A stretch of DNA of 64,000 nt. Source: a virus. Below, piece after piece: positions 47,897 through 56,657 of the stretch; positions within the stretch are counted from its first letter, which is position 1, and each line of letters starts with the position of its first letter. The position numbers were made by a program, and so were the translations under genes. The notes beneath the pieces are model-generated. The model ran no database searches. It was not told where the DNA came from and saw nothing but the letters and a program-made list of their open reading frames with translations. The stretch is from positions 60,115-124,114 of IMG/VR virus record IMGVR_UViG_3300016476_000174. One strand, written 5' to 3'.

Positions 47897-48304
47897 ATGT
47901 CACAGAAAAAACTAACACCCGTATTAGCCAAAGCATTGGCTGAACAAGTTCGTGATGAACTTAGAAAAAACGCTAGCTCTCATGCAGAGAAGCTTAAAGA
48001 AAGCATCAAACAGTCTAAAGAGTACAAACAGCTATGTAAGTTTGATGAACAAATAGAAGATCTTAGAACAAAAATTGATACTCTAAGAACAGCTATACAA
48101 GATAAGCATTCTAGTATGCTTGCTGATGTTTCTATCTATTCTTATAGAAGAGGTGAACAAAGCATCACCATTAGAGAAACAGCTATGGTTTCTGTAGATA
48201 GTATTAAGAATATGATCTTATTAGATGATTACTTCTCTGATACAACAGACACACCAGAAGAATTAGTACAACGTATTGTACAAAAGATAATTAAAGGTCA
48301 GTAA
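47897..48304 (+). CDS. Hypothetical coiled-coil protein
   Basis: Packed ORF. Confidence 0.6.
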   Translation: MSQKKLTPVLAKALAEQVRDELRKNASSHAEKLKESIKQSKEYKQLCKFDEQIEDLRTKIDTLRTAIQDKHSSMLADVSIYSYRRGEQSITIRETAMVSVDSIKNMILLDDYFSDTTDTPEELVQRIVQKIIKGQ

Positions 48305-48334
48305 TTTATTTATTAATATCTAAAAACAAGTAAA

Positions 48335-48706
48335 ATGGTTAATCAACTAAAACCACAAAAATTCTTCACTAATGAAGAAATCAGTAAATTAATGCCTTAT
48401 ATTAATGGCAGTTTAAAGTTTGACTACACTGTAGCTAAAACATTAGGTGCAGAATTATCTAGAACTACTAACTCTGTGTATCAGTATGTACGCAAGCAGA
48501 AGAAAAACTACAAAAGTTTAGGTAGAGTTACAAGAAAGTACACTAAAAGAAACAAAATGGACTTAACTAAGTCTATTGATAAATCTGTAGTTAACAACCA
48601 AGGTAGTTTTAAACATGGTGAGTTTATTATTCCTATTAATTCTTTTGAATTACGTAGTGATAATGGCGTAACAAGCTTAGTACTTAAGTTTGAAAAATCA
48701 ATTTAA
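48335..48706 (+). CDS. Hypothetical basic protein (possible HTH)
   Basis: FTNEEI...LGAELSRTTNSVYQYVR. Confidence 0.5.
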   Translation: MVNQLKPQKFFTNEEISKLMPYINGSLKFDYTVAKTLGAELSRTTNSVYQYVRKQKKNYKSLGRVTRKYTKRNKMDLTKSIDKSVVNNQGSFKHGEFIIPINSFELRSDNGVTSLVLKFEKSI

Positions 48707-48711
48707 ATAAC

Positions 48712-48739
48712 AAGAGGAAGATTACGGTCTTCCTCTTTT
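48712..48739 (+). terminator. Rho-independent terminator
   Basis: AAGAGGAAG...CTTCCTCTT-TT. Confidence 0.75.
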
Positions 48740-48751
48740 ACATCCATTGTT

Positions 48752-49327
48752 ATGATATTAAAAGATCGTGAGTTTAACCACTCCAAAGACCAGTTTCATG
48801 AAGCTATGAATATTCCTAGCTACTTGAGAACAAAATGCCGTGAGCGTATCTTCTTTACATCTTTCTCTAATGCTTTACAAAGACAAGAGTTATTTGAAGA
48901 TCCAGAAGATGCTCCTAAAGACATGTCTACTGTAACAGGAGACTTACAACGCTGCCTCAGAATGATTTCTGATCCTCTAGAATATGAATACACACTTCTT
49001 ACTTTTTATGGTCATCAACGTATGGCTATGGAAGGATATAAAAGATATGAATTTTTAAATTCAAAAGATCAATCTAAAGAAGATAAGCTTAAGCTTAGTA
49101 TTATTAACTTAATACAAGAGCTAAAAGCTAATGATGAAGATGATGAGGATGAAGAAGAAGATGCTATAGATAAGTTAAGCAGTTCTGCACTTCTTGAAAG
49201 AATTAATATTGTTAAGCAATCACACTATAACTTTGACACATATTTAAAACTAGTAATTAAAAAGTTAAGTAGTCGTCCTAATGATGACTTTAATGTAGAT
49301 GATTTCTTAAAAGATATTTTCAATTAG
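48752..49327 (+). CDS. Hypothetical protein
   Basis: Acidic tract; clean ORF. Confidence 0.6.
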   Translation: MILKDREFNHSKDQFHEAMNIPSYLRTKCRERIFFTSFSNALQRQELFEDPEDAPKDMSTVTGDLQRCLRMISDPLEYEYTLLTFYGHQRMAMEGYKRYEFLNSKDQSKEDKLKLSIINLIQELKANDEDDEDEEEDAIDKLSSSALLERINIVKQSHYNFDTYLKLVIKKLSSRPNDDFNVDDFLKDIFN

Positions 49328-49350
49328 CATTTTAGGGGTTAGTAGTAAGG

Positions 49351-49386
49351 TGTAGAAGGGGGTCTTTGACTCCCTCTACATTTTTT
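49351..49386 (+). terminator. Rho-independent terminator
   Basis: TGTAGA-A-GGGGGTC-TTT-GACTCC-C-TCTACA-TTTTTT. Confidence 0.75.
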
Positions 49387-49441
49387 GTTTAATCCAATAA
49401 ACGTTGTAGTTTTGTTCTACACTGACACAATCACATGTTAC

Positions 49442-49729
49442 ATGAAAAGCATAAATCCACGTTTAAAAGATGGCTTTGGTCAGGTCTCTAATGAAGTGAT
49501 GAGAGATCCAGAGTTGTCTTTAAAAGACAAAGGCTTGTATGCATATTTATGTACCTTTGCGGGTAGTCAAACTAATGAATTAACAGTTAGTGTATACCGT
49601 ATGGCTGATGAGTGTGGTACAAGTCCTTCAACTATAAAGAGGAGCATAGAAACTCTTCAATCAAAAGGAATAATAGATAGACTATATATGGGTAAAGGCA
49701 AAACCCGTAAGACTATCATTTTAAAATAA
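49442..49729 (+). CDS. Helix-turn-helix protein resembling N-terminus of phage replication initiators (HTH_36-like)
   Basis: FGQVSNEVMRDPELSLKDKGLYAYL...MADECGTSPSTIKRSIETLQSKGII; start moved to MKSIN. Confidence 0.75.
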   Translation: MKSINPRLKDGFGQVSNEVMRDPELSLKDKGLYAYLCTFAGSQTNELTVSVYRMADECGTSPSTIKRSIETLQSKGIIDRLYMGKGKTRKTIILK

Positions 49730-49732
49730 CAT

Positions 49733-50503
49733 CCCCCAATACTAGTATCACGTAGGTGATAGCTTGCAAAACTATGCAACTATTGGATGCTAGTGGGGGG
49801 CCTTCTTAAAGGCAAGTGGAACATGTGCACATATATTAGGTAGATAAAACTACGCTAGTATATGATTAAGTCCTTGTTCCCACGCCAGTTATTGTGCAAG
49901 CCTGATCTACAGAGCTAGTAAAGAGTATACATGGTAGCGAAAGGTTGAGCTGGTTAAGTATTAAAAGGTGGTCCTATGAAGTATTATTCCTTGCAAAAGA
50001 ATAATAAAGAGGAAAATCCATATAGACTTTTCAGGTGCTCCCCAAGTGACGTATATTTGCTAACAAAGCACTATCCTGTGATAGTCTTGCACAAACTTAT
50101 TGAGAGTTGTATGATGACATTAGATGTAGCTCCATCCGCTTAAGATGGGATGCTGTCAGGTGTCATGTATAACTCTCATATCTCATTGACTATAATTATT
50201 CCCACGCCATAAGTTCACTTATGTGACTAAAAGCTGTTTTTAGATGTGGAGAGTAGGGTACAGCAGAATTATAGTCATATTTTATTAGCTGATTATAATG
50301 GATTCATAAGACACCCGTGCAGAATCACTTGTAATAGCTATTCAATAAAAGTCTGATCTCAGGAGCTAAGTAGCGAATTAAATATAAGTACCTAGGCAAG
50401 TATCCGCAAACCACAAGTTGTATAGACGTATATAACCAGTCTAGTAGCATGATCAGGACAGTGGTAGATCCATAAGGACTATGGAACCCTGAGATAGACT
50501 TTT
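49733..50503 (+). ncRNA. Large structured non-coding RNA or tandem cluster of small RNAs
   Basis: No ORF of 60 aa or more; at least seven adjacent closed domains (see findings); strand assumed from flanking genes. Confidence 0.6.
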
Positions 50504-50516
50504 TAAATCAAATAAA

Positions 50517-50795
50517 ATGGCAGACAAACAATTACTGTTATTATGCAGCTGCTATAGCTGTGAACATCAAATGATAGTTCATTTAGATGAAGGTGGAGAT
50601 TTTTACCCTCCAGAAGCTTATGTACGCATACATTTAATTAGACAATCCTTTTGGTACCGTCTAAAGTATGGTATAAAATATATATTTGGTTATAAATCCA
50701 GATATGGTGCATGGGATGAATTCTTATTAGATAAAACCCATGTTAAATCTTTATTAGAAATAGCTAAACATCTTGACGATGAAACAGTATACTAA
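50517..50795 (+). CDS. Hypothetical protein
   Basis: CSCYSCEH; FWYRLKYGIKYIFG. Confidence 0.65.
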   Translation: MADKQLLLLCSCYSCEHQMIVHLDEGGDFYPPEAYVRIHLIRQSFWYRLKYGIKYIFGYKSRYGAWDEFLLDKTHVKSLLEIAKHLDDETVY

Positions 50796-51354
50796 ACTAC
50801 CTATTCCTAAAGATTCAGCATGGAATAGATTTAGATGGGGACGTTATATCCACTGGCGTATAAGATATTTCTTTCAAGGAGTATGGAATATTATACGTTG
50901 GATGCCAACTATCTATCATGATAGAGACTGGGATCATACTTATATAACTCAAATGCTACAAAAAAAGATAGAGTTTCAAAGAGCCTATCTTGTTAATGCT
51001 AATAGACATCTTAATATAGATAGAGATAACTATTGGATGACAGTAGTTCTCAATCTTTTAGAGCGTGAGCATGCTAGTTATTATGAGATGGAAAAGTATG
51101 ATTATGTAGTAATGGGTGACGAAATATTTGATAGTTATAAATCAGATAACTTAGAAGACTTTATTGCTAAGTATCCTAGTGCTGTTAGAGCTATAAAAAA
51201 GAAATTTCCTAACTATCCTCATTATGATAATGATGATTCTATGTTTAAAGATAAAGATGCTTTATCGCACTATATATGTTATCATAGACAGGAAAAAGCT
51301 CATAAATTAATATTTAGAATTTTAGAAGAACATTCTGCCGAGTGGTGGGATTAA
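50779..51354 (+). CDS. Conserved phage hypothetical protein
   Basis: IRWMPTIYHDRDWD...WWD. Confidence 0.65.
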   Translation: MKQYTKLPIPKDSAWNRFRWGRYIHWRIRYFFQGVWNIIRWMPTIYHDRDWDHTYITQMLQKKIEFQRAYLVNANRHLNIDRDNYWMTVVLNLLEREHASYYEMEKYDYVVMGDEIFDSYKSDNLEDFIAKYPSAVRAIKKKFPNYPHYDNDDSMFKDKDALSHYICYHRQEKAHKLIFRILEEHSAEWWD

Positions 51355-51365
51355 ACAACACACAC

Positions 51366-52421
51366 ATGAATAACGTCTGGACACAATCAGCCAACAACTT
51401 TGCATTAAAAGAAATTAGCCAGCAGGTACCTTTATTACCTGTAGCTGTATATAAATACCAGCTTGATCAGTTTGAGAATCCATATCTTACACAAATTGCA
51501 GATAAGTTTCACTTTCCGTATAAGATATATGGCATAGAGCGTAGCTTTATCAATCGTGTAAAACGTTCATGGGCAGAAACAACTGGTAATTTTGGTGTAT
51601 TACTTAATGGTGTTAAGGGTACAGGTAAGACAGTTACAGCAGAAATGATCTGTAATGAAATGAACCTGCCAGTTATTATCATTCCTTTCCATCATAAGTC
51701 TATAGTATCCTTCTTAAACGAGATACAACAAGACGTTATTGTCTTTATAGATGAGTTTGAAAAGATTTATGACGGGTATAATAACTCATTACTTCCTATC
51801 ATGGATGGAGCATTAAAAACTAAGCATAGACTTATGTTCTTGTTGACTACTAATGAATTACGTATTGAGCGTAACTTATTACAACGTCCAAGCCGTATTA
51901 GATATGTAAAGACTTTTGATGACATGACTCTTGACGTTATTATGGAAGTAGTAGATGATACTCTTTTACATCCAGAATTACGTGAATGTACAATCAAAAT
52001 GATCTCTGAGTTACCTATCATTACTATGGACTTAGTTAAGTCTATTGTACAAGAGGTAAACATTCATCATGAAGATCCTCAAGTATTTAAAGCAATATTT
52101 AACGTACACTCTGATAGAGAAGAGTTATATAATGTATTTAAATTAAATGATGAAGGTGTAAAAGAAGAAGTAGCTAGTTGTACTACTATAGAGCCTAGAT
52201 GGATCACTGCACAGGGGTCTATTGGTAATGATTTTCATATTGGTCATGCTTATAGAGGTACAATTACATCTGTTATATCAGAAAGTCAATTGGTTGTAAA
52301 ACAATATACCACTGAAAAATCAGCTGATGGTACTAGTATAGAAGAATTTGAAGAGGATATCGTGTATTTCTTAGAAAAAACTAATAAAACACACAGATCA
52401 TTTAACTCTTATGCATTTTAG
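51366..52421 (+). CDS. AAA+ ATPase
   Basis: GVKGTGKT, FIDEFEK, LLTTN, RPSR; start moved to MNNVW. Confidence 0.85.
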   Translation: MNNVWTQSANNFALKEISQQVPLLPVAVYKYQLDQFENPYLTQIADKFHFPYKIYGIERSFINRVKRSWAETTGNFGVLLNGVKGTGKTVTAEMICNEMNLPVIIIPFHHKSIVSFLNEIQQDVIVFIDEFEKIYDGYNNSLLPIMDGALKTKHRLMFLLTTNELRIERNLLQRPSRIRYVKTFDDMTLDVIMEVVDDTLLHPELRECTIKMISELPIITMDLVKSIVQEVNIHHEDPQVFKAIFNVHSDREELYNVFKLNDEGVKEEVASCTTIEPRWITAQGSIGNDFHIGHAYRGTITSVISESQLVVKQYTTEKSADGTSIEEFEEDIVYFLEKTNKTHRSFNSYAF

Positions 52422-52423
52422 TT

Positions 52424-52963
52424 ATGACAGCAGAACAGTTTATAGAAATTAAGGATGAGTATCTCAAGAACATGAAAGAAATGTTATTAGAGACAGGTAA
52501 TATACAACCTACTGTAACTCTAATAGCTGATCATTTAGAAGAGAACAAACCTGCTATTGTACACATACCTCTTCCTGATAAAATAGCTAACTCAGATAAA
52601 GGCAAACAGATGTTTGTAGATAAAATGATACCCGAGATAGCTGCTAAAGTTAAAGAAAGATTTAATATACATGCAGTTGCATGGGCAGCTGAAGCATGGA
52701 TGCGTGAAGCTCCAGTAGATGAGTATGACCCAAAAGTAGATGACTACAAGAAACTACCTATTAAAAAAGAAATTCTAATTATTACAATAGATACAGGAGC
52801 TGAAACAGAAAGCCATGTATATGAGATAATTAGAATGGCTGTTTCTCCTACGGGAGACTTAGTAGAAGATATAGAACTTGTAGATATGCCTGAGTTAAGT
52901 AAGGACTACGGTTCTATTGAAGGTAGATTCAGTAACTTATTTAAAAAGTTTACTAGTATATAA
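52424..52963 (+). CDS. Hypothetical protein
   Basis: AEAWM motif; clean ORF. Confidence 0.6.
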   Translation: MTAEQFIEIKDEYLKNMKEMLLETGNIQPTVTLIADHLEENKPAIVHIPLPDKIANSDKGKQMFVDKMIPEIAAKVKERFNIHAVAWAAEAWMREAPVDEYDPKVDDYKKLPIKKEILIITIDTGAETESHVYEIIRMAVSPTGDLVEDIELVDMPELSKDYGSIEGRFSNLFKKFTSI

Positions 52964-52975
52964 ATTTATAAAATT

Positions 52976-53149
52976 ATGATTAAATGGTTTAAAGGTTTGA
53001 TTACAAACTATAAGAAGGTTAAAGAACTAGAAAAAGAAGTTGTAGCATTAAATGATAAGATAGTTGAAAAACAAGATATTATCAACAAAACTAATGCTTA
53101 CTGGAAAAAAAGGTTTTATAATCAGAACAAAAAAGCTAAAGAGTCATAG
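52976..53149 (+). CDS. 57-aa coiled-coil protein
   Basis: Not in ORF track. MIKWFKGLITNYKKVKELEKEV...NAYWKKRFY. Confidence 0.6.
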   Translation: MIKWFKGLITNYKKVKELEKEVVALNDKIVEKQDIINKTNAYWKKRFYNQNKKAKES

Positions 53150-53150
53150 C

Positions 53151-53171
53151 TTATAGCTCTATTATCCATAC
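53151..53171 (+). promoter_or_regulatory. 21-bp conserved intergenic element, copy 2
   Basis: TTATAGCTCTATTATCCATAC. Confidence 0.6.
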
Positions 53172-53238
53172 TTTCTGTATATAGCATTTGTAAGTACTAC
53201 TATATTACTTAGTTTTATAGTAGACTAATTATACCAAA

Positions 53239-53502
53239 ATGCTATATCAACTACCTAACGGAAGGGTAATAGAAATAAGTACGGAGCAGTATTTTGAAAT
53301 GACTGATGAAGAACTTGAATATCTAATTGCCTATAATTATGGAGATACTCTTGAAGATCCATGGTTTGGTTCAGTAATACATAAAAATTCTTCTTCATCA
53401 CCAGTAGATGAAACTCCAGATGTACTACCTGACTTAACTAATATATCTAATGAAGATAAGATTAGTTATACAGACATAGACTATAAACCTGAAGAAGATT
53501 AA
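53239..53502 (+). CDS. Hypothetical acidic protein
   Basis: MLYQLPNGRVIEISTEQYF. Confidence 0.65.
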   Translation: MLYQLPNGRVIEISTEQYFEMTDEELEYLIAYNYGDTLEDPWFGSVIHKNSSSSPVDETPDVLPDLTNISNEDKISYTDIDYKPEED

Positions 53503-53527
53503 TAAACTTCTTTAGTTTACATTACAC

Positions 53528-53558
53528 GCCCCTAGGAACGTCTTCTAGGGGCTTTTTT
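53528..53558 (+). terminator. Rho-independent terminator
   Basis: GCCCCTAGGA...TTCTAGGGGC-TTTTTT. Confidence 0.8.
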
Positions 53559-53581
53559 ATTTATTTTAAATACAATTTTAC

Positions 53582-54085
53582 ATGAAACAAAGTAAAGTTA
53601 GAGTTACCGCTGATATTAACGGTAACGTAATTGGGGTATCTCAAAACAACCCAGAGTACGGCTATGTACGTGTAGAGCAATCTGTAACACAGATTAGTGA
53701 AGCTGGCTGGTTAAAACCAGTAAAGCGTTCTGCATTAATTAAGGGTAAAGTAGATGACTTAGCACAAGCTGGGTTTGTAGATGGCTTTGAGCTATCAGGT
53801 AAAATTATTGTAAAAGAATCTCTTACACCGTTTAATCCAGAGAATCCTGATAAGGATCTTAAAATTGCTGGTCAAACAGGCGTTGTATGTAGAATAGACG
53901 ATCAACCTATCTATCGTCAAACGTTCTTCACATCTAATCAAGAAGCTTATGATGAGTTAATTACTCATGATAATACTTTAGAAATCCGTGAAGTACAGCT
54001 TGCACAAAAAGAGATTAGTTCTTTAAAGAACTCTGCTCTTAATGAATTAGGTCGTAAGATCTTAGCTGAAGAAACTACATTGTAG
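53582..54085 (+). CDS. Putative single-stranded DNA-binding protein (crAss-like)
   Basis: Beta-rich; KIAG.TG..C..DDQPIYR motif; flanked by terminators; function inferred. Confidence 0.4.
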   Translation: MKQSKVRVTADINGNVIGVSQNNPEYGYVRVEQSVTQISEAGWLKPVKRSALIKGKVDDLAQAGFVDGFELSGKIIVKESLTPFNPENPDKDLKIAGQTGVVCRIDDQPIYRQTFFTSNQEAYDELITHDNTLEIREVQLAQKEISSLKNSALNELGRKILAEETTL

Positions 54086-54093
54086 TCTTAAAG

Positions 54094-54122
54094 AGGAGAG
54101 CTTAGTAATAGGCTCTCCTTTT
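54094..54122 (+). terminator. Rho-independent terminator
   Basis: AGGAGAGCTTA-GTAA-TAGGCTCTCCT-TTT. Confidence 0.8.
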
Positions 54123-54160
54123 ATATACCATTCCATCACAATTATCAAGTAACATCAGTT

Positions 54161-54682
54161 ATGCACAACCCAAACAAAACAGTATCAGCTAACTCTAAAG
54201 GCATAGTTGTGTCTTTTGGAGATGTTAACAAGCATAGATTTATCAAGTATGAGTCTACTGCTGTTAAAGAAATTCAACTTTATGGTACAGTGAGGTATCA
54301 AAAGATTGAACATGCGGGATTTAACCCTATACAAGAACAGCTATATGCTGAAGCTTTATATGGTTTAAACTTCTATACTGCACAGGAACTTAAATCCATG
54401 TCTGCAGAAAAGAAGAGAAGTGTAATTGTTCTCTATACAAGAGTACAAAAACTACTTAACAGGTGGAAACAAGAAATTATATGCAAACAGGTAGATAATC
54501 TACTTATTGCATTATTTCCAAACTCACCTATTACAAAGTCTATTACTGAAAAAGAGTATTATGACAAAGATCTTGAATGTCCTTTAAGTCTTAGAGACTT
54601 AGGTATTACAAGTGAAAGCTTAATTGCAGAAAGATTAGTTCAAGCTAAGCTTCTGCCCTACAACTTTTTTAAACTAACTTAA
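54161..54682 (+). CDS. Hypothetical protein
   Basis: Clean ORF. Confidence 0.6.
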   Translation: MHNPNKTVSANSKGIVVSFGDVNKHRFIKYESTAVKEIQLYGTVRYQKIEHAGFNPIQEQLYAEALYGLNFYTAQELKSMSAEKKRSVIVLYTRVQKLLNRWKQEIICKQVDNLLIALFPNSPITKSITEKEYYDKDLECPLSLRDLGITSESLIAERLVQAKLLPYNFFKLT

Positions 54683-54689
54683 TTTTATC

Positions 54690-54929
54690 ATGCAGTACAC
54701 ATTTATTGTCAATGGAATTTCACAGCTTGTACTTATTCCAGAAAATGAACTAGACCGTCTACTTCTAGAAAAAACATTAGAAGGTGGTGGCTCTATTGAG
54801 GTGGAAAAAATCTCACAACCAGTGAGTATTTTAGGTAAGCCTGTAACGGATAGTATTGTTTTAAAGCGTAAATTGCATTCTAGTCAAACAGCTTTAAATA
54901 ACAGAGATGGGGATACAAGCGAAACTTAA
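54690..54929 (+). CDS. Hypothetical protein
   Basis: Packed ORF. Confidence 0.55.
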   Translation: MQYTFIVNGISQLVLIPENELDRLLLEKTLEGGGSIEVEKISQPVSILGKPVTDSIVLKRKLHSSQTALNNRDGDTSET

Positions 54930-55293
54930 ACAATGTGCTGGTTGTAACCAGATGAAACACATATGGAAGTCTCACGGAAAAGATAAATACTGCAAGGAAT
55001 GCTGGTATAGTATTGAGAAACCTAAATCTATAGCTCCTGTATCTAAAAAGATGCGGGAGACTATAGATCAGTATACTAAAATACGTACAGCATATCTTAC
55101 AGTAAATACTTCTTGTAAAGCAAGACTTCAAGGATGCACAAGTGCAGCTACAGAAGTACATCATAAAGCAGGTAGGGGTGAGAACCATTTACGTATTGCT
55201 ACATGGTTACCTGTATGTAGATCATGCCATTCATGGATCGAGCTCCACCCTACAGAAGCAAAAGAATTAGGTTTATCAGAAAATAGATTATAA
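54907..55293 (+). CDS. HNH-like endonuclease / Zn-binding protein
   Basis: CAGC...CKEC; EVHHKAGR...VCRSCHSWIE. Confidence 0.7.
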   Translation: MGIQAKLKQCAGCNQMKHIWKSHGKDKYCKECWYSIEKPKSIAPVSKKMRETIDQYTKIRTAYLTVNTSCKARLQGCTSAATEVHHKAGRGENHLRIATWLPVCRSCHSWIELHPTEAKELGLSENRL

Positions 55294-55688
55294 TGTTTTA
55301 CACTACAGAAGAAGCAGAAAAGGATATAGTATCCTTTGATCAAGCACTTGAACTATGTTCAATAGGCTTTGATACAAGTACGTTTTGTCATTACACTATA
55401 GAAACTAGACAGTTATGTCTGTCTTCTTTAGATGAGGACGGGTTATATATGCCTGATAAAGACATAGCAGCTCCAACTAAAAGCCAAGTATTTAGGTGGT
55501 TTAGGGAAAAGTATGAGTTAGTTTCTCTTATTGATATAGGAGTGCATGAATTTTCATTCAAAATATTTAAAAATGGAAAGAGCATTACGCTTCTAAAAGA
55601 CTACCTAGACTTTAATGGTACGTATGAAGAAGCAGAAAATGCTTGTATTGATAAACTAATTGAACTAGTTAAACAACAAGACAAATGA
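55293..55688 (+). CDS. Hypothetical phage protein
   Basis: APTKSQVFRWFREK...TYEEAENACIDKLIE. Confidence 0.65.
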   Translation: MFYTTEEAEKDIVSFDQALELCSIGFDTSTFCHYTIETRQLCLSSLDEDGLYMPDKDIAAPTKSQVFRWFREKYELVSLIDIGVHEFSFKIFKNGKSITLLKDYLDFNGTYEEAENACIDKLIELVKQQDK

Positions 55689-55912
55689 AAATAGTTAGAA
55701 GAAATAGTTATATACATCCAGCATCTACTAGTCCATTATGGGTAATTCCTTCTATAAGTTACTTATTACAAAAGCTAATAGAATTAGAATTTAACGAACG
55801 TGAATATGTATGGTGGATTGCAATACCTGCAATTTTTACATTTTGGTTTATTATTAACTTTAAAATAACTAAGTGGTATGTCAGAAGAAATAAAAACTAT
55901 GGAAGGTTTTGA
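55685..55912 (+). CDS. Small membrane protein
   Basis: Hydrophobic Trp-rich segments. Confidence 0.5.
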   Translation: MKIVRRNSYIHPASTSPLWVIPSISYLLQKLIELEFNEREYVWWIAIPAIFTFWFIINFKITKWYVRRNKNYGRF

Positions 55913-56141
55913 TGAAATTATAGACAGTAGAGACAGTGATGATAGTTTCTTTAAATCTGTTATAGAAAAAGCTGGTACTTTCTCAGATGAAATGGTAAGT
56001 TATTTTCCAACATTTCATCCTGATCTCAATGAACAAGAGGTTAAACGTATTAGAGAAATTGTTCAAGCTTATAGTTATATAGGCTTTAGAAGAGGTTATT
56101 GTCAAGGTCATGCTGATGCTAAACAACAAGAAAATGAATAG
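55878..56141 (+). CDS. Hypothetical protein
   Basis: Packed ORF. Confidence 0.55.
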   Translation: MSEEIKTMEGFDEIIDSRDSDDSFFKSVIEKAGTFSDEMVSYFPTFHPDLNEQEVKRIREIVQAYSYIGFRRGYCQGHADAKQQENE

Positions 56142-56364
56142 AAGAAATTTATCAGGTATATACATCTTTCACAAGTTTGAAGATGAAGAACGTAGACAAC
56201 CTACGTGTTTTGAAGATTGTCCTGAAGAAAAGCAGGATGAGTGGTTAAACTCATTAGATCCAGAAGCTGTAAAGAATTTAGCTAAGCAATTAGGTAATAC
56301 TTTACGCATAATTGGTGATCAATTTGGTATTATACAGACTGGAGACCCTGAAGATGATCAATAA
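56134..56364 (+). CDS. Hypothetical protein
   Basis: RNLSGIY...CFEDC; start moved to MNRR. Confidence 0.55.
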   Translation: MNRRNLSGIYIFHKFEDEERRQPTCFEDCPEEKQDEWLNSLDPEAVKNLAKQLGNTLRIIGDQFGIIQTGDPEDDQ

Positions 56365-56375
56365 AATTAATAATT

Positions 56376-56657
56376 ATGGATAATAACTGGCCAGAAACAA
56401 GAGAAAAGTATAAAAAGGCTGTATTGCATTTTGCTAACAGATACAATACTATAGTATCTGAACATATTATAGATGTTATGATATCTACTATGATGACTAG
56501 AGATAATGTTTTACAAGGCGGTAGCTTTGTACAAGCAGTAGTAGCTAATAATCTAAGAGATGCTATCAGTAAAGCTGATAATGAATGCAGTAAACAGCTT
56601 AGAATCATTACATTATGCAGTAATTTTTGTTACGTAGAATATGAACTAGATGAGTAA
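56376..56657 (+). CDS. Hypothetical protein
   Basis: GGSFVQAVVANNLRDAISKAD. Confidence 0.6.
   Translation: MDNNWPETREKYKKAVLHFANRYNTIVSEHIIDVMISTMMTRDNVLQGGSFVQAVVANNLRDAISKADNECSKQLRIITLCSNFCYVEYELDE

Noticed and set aside
50009-50019. RNase P RNA (GAGGAAAATCC resembles GAGGAAAGUCC)
   Set aside because: One mismatch, no matching 3' P4 motif, and the local domain closes shortly afterwards
49733-50503. CRISPR array, tmRNA or group I/II intron
   Set aside because: No regularly spaced repeats, no tmRNA termini, no recognisable intron core, and flanking genes are uninterrupted
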